From: a virus
Reading direction: 5' to 3' (one strand)
DNA length: 64,000 nt
Virus record (IMG/VR): IMGVR_UViG_3300017717_002521
Location: 1 to 64,000 of that record
In this document: positions 58,026 to 64,000 of the stretch, piece after piece
Layout of the letters: every line of letters starts with the position of its first letter
Numbering within the stretch: position 1 is the first letter of the stretch
Notes under the pieces: model-generated
Told to the model about the DNA's origin: nothing
Seen by the model: only the letters and a program-made list of their open reading frames with translations
The model's database searches: none
Made by a program: the position numbers and the translations under genes

Positions 58026-59855
58026 ATGAAAAAGTTACTACTAGTTTTATTTTTTACTGCGATGGGGATGTTCGAGGGTCATTCACAGGCCCTCGTTCAA
58101 ACCTATGTTGATAGATGCACTGGGCAAGTAAGTGTCTTTAGTGTGCCTATGAACGGCAGTACTGTAGTAGCTTTTTACAATAGGTCTAGAGTATTTACTT
58201 CTCAAGATTTCCAAAATGGAACTCTTCAGGCTTGGTTGGAAGAGACCTATTTATGGTGGATAAGTCTTAGTCCTTGCTCCTCAACAACAACTGGAGCTCA
58301 AGCTACTCAACAGACTACTCAACAAACCACGCAACAGGCAACTCAGGCAGCTACTAATGCTGCCTCAACTGCTGCTGCTAATACGACAACTAATGTTCCA
58401 TCTACCCCTGTTAGTCCTCCCCCAACTACTCAAACACCTCAACCTACTACTACAGCTCCAGATACTTCGAGTACGAATACTGCTGCTCAAAATACGACTG
58501 CTACCGGAGGAAATACTACTAGCCAAGGAAACAATACGTCAACATCCGCAGGATCTACAAACAGCCAAGGTAGTAACGAACCGAATACGAGCTCAAATAA
58601 CTCTTCGTCTGGAACAGAAAATACAAGTACAGAAGCAACTACTGAAGCTTCTTCAACCGAAACATCAAACACTGAATCAGGATCTTCAGGAAGTGAGGGA
58701 TCTACAACTGAAGAATCAACAACAGAATCAACTCAAGAAAGCTCATCAGAGTCAACATCAGAAGAATCCTCTACTGAAGAAGTAAGTACTGAGGAAAGTT
58801 CTACTGAAGAGACTACTACCGAAGAATCAACTGAAGAAACTTCTACCGAAGAATCTACAGAAGAATCTAGTTCAGAAGAAAGTACTGAAGAAAGTACTGA
58901 AGAAAGCTCTGAAGAAACTACTGAAGAAACTACCGAAGAAGAGTCTACAGAAGAATCAACTGAGGAGGAGTCTACAGAAGAAGAAACTGAAACAGAAGAA
59001 GCAGATGAAGAATCAAGTGAAGAAGAATCTGACGAGAGCTCAGAGGAGGAATCAGAAGAAGAGGATACTGAAGAAGAATCAGAATCCGATGAAGAGGAAG
59101 AAACTGAAGAAGAAGAGTCAGAAGAGGAAAGCAGCAACGAGGATGAAGAGGAAGACGATAAGAAGAAAAAGAAAAAGCGAAACCTTGCTCCTCCTATCGT
59201 TACAGCCAATGTACTATCTCAAGAAATGCCTACAGGAGGATTCTCTCAGGCAGCAATGTTTGGTGTAAGTCAATCTTCCTTAATGGGGACTGAAACTTAT
59301 GGACTTAATGTTATGGTATATGATAACTTAAAGCAGTTTATGTTAAATGCTAACTACTCAAAAGTTCATATAAACAAAGAAGGAAGAGTGAGTAGAGTAT
59401 ATTCAGCATCATTAGGAGCTATGAAAATGTTTACTACCTATATGGGTATGATGAATCATAGCTGGACTTTCTTAGGACAAAAAGGATCAGTAGCAGGTAT
59501 AGCAGTAGGTTCTAGTGTTACTATGTTAGATATTGATTCAATTAAAGGACAGTTGTATTTAGATACTATTCTATTAGGTTTTTCTTTAACTAGTTTTTAT
59601 ACTAAACCTTTACAGTATAGTCCTAAGCTTACTATAAGTCCTATGGTAGCAGTATCTTCTCCTTTTGTTCAATATGAAATGTTTACCAAAGAATCTATAT
59701 GGAATAAGGACTTAATGGTAATAGCAGGAGCATCTTTTAGTTACAAACTTACTCAAAGGTTTGGTATTAACGTTGGAGCTAATATAATAGAATCTACAGC
59801 TCCTAATTTTCCTACTATGAAAACATTTACGATTGGCGGTAGATTAAGTTTCTGA
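58026..59855 (+). CDS. Exported protein with long Thr/Ser/Glu low-complexity linker and probable C-terminal beta-barrel
   Basis: Signal peptide; about 290-aa T/S/E-rich tract, KKKKKKR, amphipathic beta strands, terminal Phe. Confidence 0.6.
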   Translation: MKKLLLVLFFTAMGMFEGHSQALVQTYVDRCTGQVSVFSVPMNGSTVVAFYNRSRVFTSQDFQNGTLQAWLEETYLWWISLSPCSSTTTGAQATQQTTQQTTQQATQAATNAASTAAANTTTNVPSTPVSPPPTTQTPQPTTTAPDTSSTNTAAQNTTATGGNTTSQGNNTSTSAGSTNSQGSNEPNTSSNNSSSGTENTSTEATTEASSTETSNTESGSSGSEGSTTEESTTESTQESSSESTSEESSTEEVSTEESSTEETTTEESTEETSTEESTEESSSEESTEESTEESSEETTEETTEEESTEESTEEESTEEETETEEADEESSEEESDESSEEESEEEDTEEESESDEEEETEEEESEEESSNEDEEEDDKKKKKKRNLAPPIVTANVLSQEMPTGGFSQAAMFGVSQSSLMGTETYGLNVMVYDNLKQFMLNANYSKVHINKEGRVSRVYSASLGAMKMFTTYMGMMNHSWTFLGQKGSVAGIAVGSSVTMLDIDSIKGQLYLDTILLGFSLTSFYTKPLQYSPKLTISPMVAVSSPFVQYEMFTKESIWNKDLMVIAGASFSYKLTQRFGINVGANIIESTAPNFPTMKTFTIGGRLSF

Positions 59856-59882
59856 CTATTTATATGAATATAACTACTTATT

Positions 59883-60209
59883 ATGGCAATAGAAGATCGT
59901 AAACTACAAAAACAAAAAAATACTAGCAGAAATAGATTTGTAATCACTTCTGTAGTATTATTAACTTTTCTACTAATAATGTTAGGCATAGGTTCAGCTA
60001 TCTTAAAAGGAGGTGAACAACCAAACATTAATCAAGAGTGGAAAGAAATATTATTATTAGTACTAGGAGCATTTTTAGGTTCTTATTCTCGTATTATTGA
60101 TTTCTGGTTTAACGGAAACGATATGAATATGGATGGAGTACCAGATGCAGCACCAGCTGAACCGTGTGACTGTGACGAACCAGATGACGAACTAGATAAC
60201 TTATACTAA
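59883..60209 (+). CDS. Putative holin (2 TM)
   Basis: Two TM helices, IIDFWF, directly upstream of the amidase. Confidence 0.5.
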   Translation: MAIEDRKLQKQKNTSRNRFVITSVVLLTFLLIMLGIGSAILKGGEQPNINQEWKEILLLVLGAFLGSYSRIIDFWFNGNDMNMDGVPDAAPAEPCDCDEPDDELDNLY

Positions 60210-60210
60210 T

Positions 60211-60702
60211 ATGCCTATCAGACCAAAAGGAATAATAGTACACTCTATGAGTGAGTACTTAATGTGGAAAGGTAAGAAGCTATATGCTAAAGACTTTCTT
60301 AAAGAGTTAGGATTGAGTGTACATGGGTTTATTAAACCTGACGGTACATACGATAAAATGATCTCATCTCCAGGAAAAGCATTTCATGCAGGAAAATCTC
60401 TTCATGAAGGTGTATCTGGATTAAATTCTCACTATCTTGGTATAGAGTTATTAGTACCAGGAGTAAATGACTACGGATCTTTTAGTAAGAAAATCAATCA
60501 AAAAGGAACTTACTCTAAAGCTCAGTTTGATACAACAGTAGAGGTATTTAAGTATTGGATGAAACAGTATAACATACCTGTATCTAAAGTAGTTAGACAT
60601 TCTGATTGCTCTGGTGATCATGTTAGGGGTAAAGGCAAAGGTAAAACTGATCCTGGCAGTGCTTTTAACTGGAAAGCTTTTCAACTAGCTTTAGTTGCGT
60701 AA
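60211..60702 (+). CDS. N-acetylmuramoyl-L-alanine amidase (Amidase_2), endolysin
   Basis: IIVHS, SVHGFI, AFHAGKS, GIEL, VVRHSD, KTDPG. Confidence 0.88.
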   Translation: MPIRPKGIIVHSMSEYLMWKGKKLYAKDFLKELGLSVHGFIKPDGTYDKMISSPGKAFHAGKSLHEGVSGLNSHYLGIELLVPGVNDYGSFSKKINQKGTYSKAQFDTTVEVFKYWMKQYNIPVSKVVRHSDCSGDHVRGKGKGKTDPGSAFNWKAFQLALVA

Positions 60703-60729
60703 TAAATATTAAATTACTATATTAGTTAG

Positions 60730-61083
60730 ATGAAACAATTTATCCCATATATAATAATAATAATACTTATATCAGTAATATATTGGGTATTTATAACACC
60801 TTCTATTAAGACTGATGTAGGAAAATACGAAGATCTTATAGATCAATTAGAAAAGAAAGTAGATTCGTTACATACTAAAAATAACTTTTTAATTGACGAA
60901 GCTGACTCCTTACAGACGAGAATAGAAGAATATGACCAAAAAATAGTAAAATTAAATTCTAGAATATATGTTATTAAAAAGCAGACTCAAAAACAGCTTG
61001 ATGCTGTTGACCTTTTCGGTGATGATGAGTTGGAACAGTTTTTCGCAGACCGCTACAGACAGTACGCAGATTCAATTAATTAA
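60730..61083 (+). CDS. Membrane-anchored coiled-coil protein (spanin-like)
   Basis: N-terminal TM plus coiled coil, downstream of the endolysin. Confidence 0.5.
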   Translation: MKQFIPYIIIIILISVIYWVFITPSIKTDVGKYEDLIDQLEKKVDSLHTKNNFLIDEADSLQTRIEEYDQKIVKLNSRIYVIKKQTQKQLDAVDLFGDDELEQFFADRYRQYADSIN

Positions 61084-61396
61084 ACCTATAGCTAGGTTAG
61101 TTATAAAAGATCTAATACAGTTTGATGGTTTATCTAAAGAGATGCAAACCATGCAGACAATCTTAACTGAGACTAATAACAAACTTCTCACTCAAGGTAC
61201 GTTAGTTACAAACTTAAAAACTCAGGTAGAAAACTACCAGAAAATTATTGATAAACAGGAAACTCAATTAGATACATCTGAAGAACTATCAGATCAGTTG
61301 CAGAAAGAGCTTAAAAGACAAGCTAGGACTCAAAAACTTTATAAAGTAGGTTCTATTGTTGGTGCAGCAGCACTAGGTTTATTAATTGTAAAATGA
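60968..61396 (+). CDS. Exported coiled-coil protein with C-terminal hydrophobic tail (spanin partner-like)
   Basis: Overlaps the previous ORF; signal-like N-terminus and hydrophobic C-terminus. Confidence 0.45.
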   Translation: MLLKSRLKNSLMLLTFSVMMSWNSFSQTATDSTQIQLIKPIARLVIKDLIQFDGLSKEMQTMQTILTETNNKLLTQGTLVTNLKTQVENYQKIIDKQETQLDTSEELSDQLQKELKRQARTQKLYKVGSIVGAAALGLLIVK

Positions 61397-62496
61397 TCAA
61401 TAGAATAAAAAGAAATCTATTTCCGTTTATTATTGCACTCTCTGCATTATCAGTTAGTGCATCAGCTGCTTTCTATTCAGTAAGCGGGCTATCCAAACTG
61501 TTTGCTGGAGCTAGCTTTGAAGTTATAATAATGGCTGGTTCATTAGAGGTAGCTAAATTAGTTATAGCTTCTCTTCTTTATCAATACTGGGATACTATTA
61601 ATAAGCTTCTCAGAGCGTATCTCTCTATTGCTGCCGTAGTATTAGTATTGATTACTAGTATGGGTATATACGGATTTTTAAGTGCAGCATATCAAGATAC
61701 TTATAGACAGTTAACAGTAAAGAATAATCAAGTAGCATTTCTAGAACAAAAGACAGATTTTTATGGAAAGGATGTGGCAAGGTATGATGAGGAACTTGAA
61801 AGAATCTCTAATAACATTTCTACTCTATCTGGTGCGAAAGCGACCTCGATTCAAGTACGAGACACGACATCATCTACAGGCTTTAGATCAACAGTTAGTA
61901 CTGCCGAACTTAGATTATCCCAAAGTCGTATTAATGTTGAAGAAGAAAATAGAGCATCTATTCAAGCAAAAAGAGAGCAAGTAGCTGATAGCCTTCAGAA
62001 ATATCAGTTAGCTATATTAGATTTAGAAAACAATACAGATGTGGCAGGAGAGTTAGGGCCATTAGAGTATCTATCAGGCTTAACTGGAACTCCAATGGAT
62101 AAGATAATAAATATTCTTTTATTAGTAATCATATTTGTATTTGATCCTTTAGCTATTTCATTAGTAGTCGCTGCAAACTTTGCTTTTGATCAGGCTAATA
62201 AGAAAAACTTGTACGGTGAAGTAGTATCTAAAAAAGATATTTTCGATGAACTTGATGAAGAAGATTATCCTCCTATATTTACTCCTCCTGTTACAGGCTC
62301 AGTTCCTGATGGAAAGGAATTCAACGTTGAGTATGATATAGTAGAACCAGAAGAAGACTGGAAGGTTGTAGATAGTGAAATTGATCCCAAACCAGTTAAG
62401 ATAATTCAAAAAGGTCCATCAAGACATAGAGTCTTATTTGATGATGGACAGCAAAGAAGAGTAGATAAAGACGACAATATTATAAAATATTTGTAG
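61393..62496 (+). CDS. Multi-TM coiled-coil membrane protein
   Basis: Three N-terminal TMs, ITSMGIYGFLS, coiled coil, ELGPL, FVFDPLAI. Confidence 0.6.
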   Translation: MINRIKRNLFPFIIALSALSVSASAAFYSVSGLSKLFAGASFEVIIMAGSLEVAKLVIASLLYQYWDTINKLLRAYLSIAAVVLVLITSMGIYGFLSAAYQDTYRQLTVKNNQVAFLEQKTDFYGKDVARYDEELERISNNISTLSGAKATSIQVRDTTSSTGFRSTVSTAELRLSQSRINVEEENRASIQAKREQVADSLQKYQLAILDLENNTDVAGELGPLEYLSGLTGTPMDKIINILLLVIIFVFDPLAISLVVAANFAFDQANKKNLYGEVVSKKDIFDELDEEDYPPIFTPPVTGSVPDGKEFNVEYDIVEPEEDWKVVDSEIDPKPVKIIQKGPSRHRVLFDDGQQRRVDKDDNIIKYL

Positions 62497-62524
62497 GTAA
62501 TCTCAGATATTTTTCGTATCTTTA
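62492..62524 (+). promoter_or_regulatory. -33/-7 promoter (TGTAGG-N19-TATCTTTA)
   Basis: Variant of the recurrent motif with the same spacing. Confidence 0.55.
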
Positions 62525-62541
62525 TTTAAATAAGTTATGCT

Positions 62542-62877
62542 ATGAGTGCTAAAGAAATACTTAAAAAAGAATACCCTACAATATATAACGCCTACAAAGA
62601 GATAGTAGATGAACAGTTAGAACTGTTTGCAAAGAAGCATCTTGACTACGGTATGGGTAATGTAGCAGCTGGTACACAATTAGTAAATGAGGAAGAGAAA
62701 GAATTTGCTATGACAGGGTTATGGTATAGGTTATCAGATAAGATTAATAGGTGGAAAAATATTATACTTACTGGCCGAAAAACTCAAAACGAAACTCTCA
62801 TTGATACTTTTCAAGATATTACTAATTATGGTATTATTAGTCAAATAGTATATAAAGATAAATGGAAAGACAATTGA
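62542..62877 (+). CDS. DUF1599 / nucleotide-modification-associated domain 1-like protein
   Basis: FAKKHLDYG, RLSDKINR, ETLIDTFQDITNYGII. Confidence 0.7.
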   Translation: MSAKEILKKEYPTIYNAYKEIVDEQLELFAKKHLDYGMGNVAAGTQLVNEEEKEFAMTGLWYRLSDKINRWKNIILTGRKTQNETLIDTFQDITNYGIISQIVYKDKWKDN

Positions 62878-62878
62878 T

Positions 62879-63076
62879 GTGGGCAGAAAAATCATCATGT
62901 GCAGCCAATGCAATGAGGAGTTTGAAAACGGTTATGATTACCGCATGCACTGGGAGAAAAAACACTTTTATCCTTATATAGGACCAGCATCATTTGATTA
63001 CGAAAGAGCAAAAAAAGACTTAAAAAGAGATTATGCCAAAGAAGATTTACCCAGAAGGTCAGAAGAAAAAAACTAA
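62879..63076 (+). CDS. C2H2-type zinc-finger small protein
   Basis: CSQC...F...HWEKKH. Confidence 0.5.
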   Translation: MGRKIIMCSQCNEEFENGYDYRMHWEKKHFYPYIGPASFDYERAKKDLKRDYAKEDLPRRSEEKN

Positions 63077-63968
63077 TCCTTTAGTAAAGAATGTCTGGGA
63101 GAGTAAGATCAAACAATCTCCTAAGAATAATAAACATATTTCATATAGCTCTATCAGTACATTTAATAAATGTCCTAAGTTATGGGAGATGCAATACTTA
63201 AGAGGTCTAGTTCCTTTTAAGCAGAATATCTATACTTGCTTTGGTACTGCTATGCATGAGACTATGCAAACTTGGTTGGAAGTTATGTATCATGATAAAG
63301 TTAAAAATGCTAATGAACTTGATAAGCACAAATTATTATATGTAAATATGATTAAAGCTTATAAGCAAGGTAAAGCTCAAAATGGTCATAAGCATTTTTC
63401 TACTCAAGATGAACTTACTAAGTTTTGGATCGAAGGTAAACATATTTTAGACTTTTTGGAAAAGAAAAGAGGAGGTTACTTTAGTACTAAGTCTATGCAA
63501 TTGGCTGGTATAGAGACGCTCTTATACCAAGAGATACGACCTGGCGTTATGTTTAAAGGACTTGTTGATTTAGTATTTTATCATCCTAATACTGATAGAT
63601 GGACTATAATGGACATAAAGACTTCCACTTCAGGTTGGAGAGATAATCAAAAAAAGAATCCTAACTTAACTGCTCAGGTTATACTGTATAGAGAGTTTTT
63701 TGCAAAGCAATTTAATATTGATAAAGATAAAATAGATGTAGAGTTTTTTATTGTTAAGAGAAGAGTACCAGCTGATGCTGAATTTGCTTCTATGCAAAAA
63801 AGAGTTCAGCAGTTTAGCCCATCATCAGGACCTAGAAAAACTAAACAAGTTATGGAGTCTATGAACAGTATGATATCTGAGGTTTTAGATGAAGATGGAA
63901 ACTATTTAGATAAAGATTATAAATGCTCTAATCCTTTTGGAAAATGTCAATACTGTTCTAGTTTTTAA
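63033..63968 (+). CDS. PD-(D/E)XK exonuclease (RecB/Cas4-like)
   Basis: ISYSS...CP, FGTAMHE, GLVDLV, IMDIKTS, C-terminal CQYC. Confidence 0.85.
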   Translation: MPKKIYPEGQKKKTNPLVKNVWESKIKQSPKNNKHISYSSISTFNKCPKLWEMQYLRGLVPFKQNIYTCFGTAMHETMQTWLEVMYHDKVKNANELDKHKLLYVNMIKAYKQGKAQNGHKHFSTQDELTKFWIEGKHILDFLEKKRGGYFSTKSMQLAGIETLLYQEIRPGVMFKGLVDLVFYHPNTDRWTIMDIKTSTSGWRDNQKKNPNLTAQVILYREFFAKQFNIDKDKIDVEFFIVKRRVPADAEFASMQKRVQQFSPSSGPRKTKQVMESMNSMISEVLDEDGNYLDKDYKCSNPFGKCQYCSSF

Positions 63969-64000
63969 ATTAAAGCCTATTTATATATAAATATATAAGT

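Noticed and set aside
58700-59160. CRISPR array or tandem DNA repeat
   Set aside because: Repetition is at the amino-acid level with variable codons; there is no repeat-spacer structure
58733-59209. Minus-strand Ser-rich 158-aa ORF and the other minus-strand or nested ORFs in the track
   Set aside because: Shadows of + strand genes with no recognisable motifs or expression signals
63033-63968. Cas4 of a CRISPR system
   Set aside because: No cas genes or array nearby; stand-alone PD-(D/E)XK exonucleases are common in phages

Overview
A 64-kb segment of a large, AT-rich dsDNA phage with essentially all genes on the + strand, standard genetic code, and no tRNA, CRISPR or integrase seen. The host is most likely Bacteroidota (Flavobacteria-like): about 16 copies of a -33/-7-type promoter, plus a DUF6952-like gene, an Hc1-like protein and a TonB-dependent receptor. 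Contents: (1) a replication/nucleotide module (two family A DNA polymerase genes, gp32-like SSB, RecA/UvsX, flap endonuclease, DnaB-like helicase, class I RNR, thioredoxin, ThyA); (2) a complete 7-deazaguanine DNA-modification pathway (folE, queD, queE, queC, queF, a TGT-fold DpdA-like gene and an overlapping formyltransferase), predicting formyl-preQ1 DNA; (3) a large glycan-decoration toolkit (two GT60-like, GT2/GT8/HtrL-like GTs, two carbamoyltransferases, APS kinase, sulfotransferase, three 2OG-Fe(II) oxygenases); (4) a TonB receptor, S1/P1 nuclease, small 3-TM protein, kinase and PRTase block; (5) chaperones (J-like, Hsp20, GroES, GroEL); (6) an exported-protein operon with CsgG-like and cohesin/dockerin-like proteins; (7) lysis genes. 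The most striking non-coding observation is two compact preQ1-I-like riboswitch candidates, each between a promoter and a start codon (queD-queE operon and folE), suggesting RNA-level feedback control of viral DNA hypermodification. Other RNA-level signals are a 5'/3' long-range duplex enclosing hsp20 and a minus-strand terminator implying an antisense RNA. All family calls are from motif recognition by eye; no searches were run.
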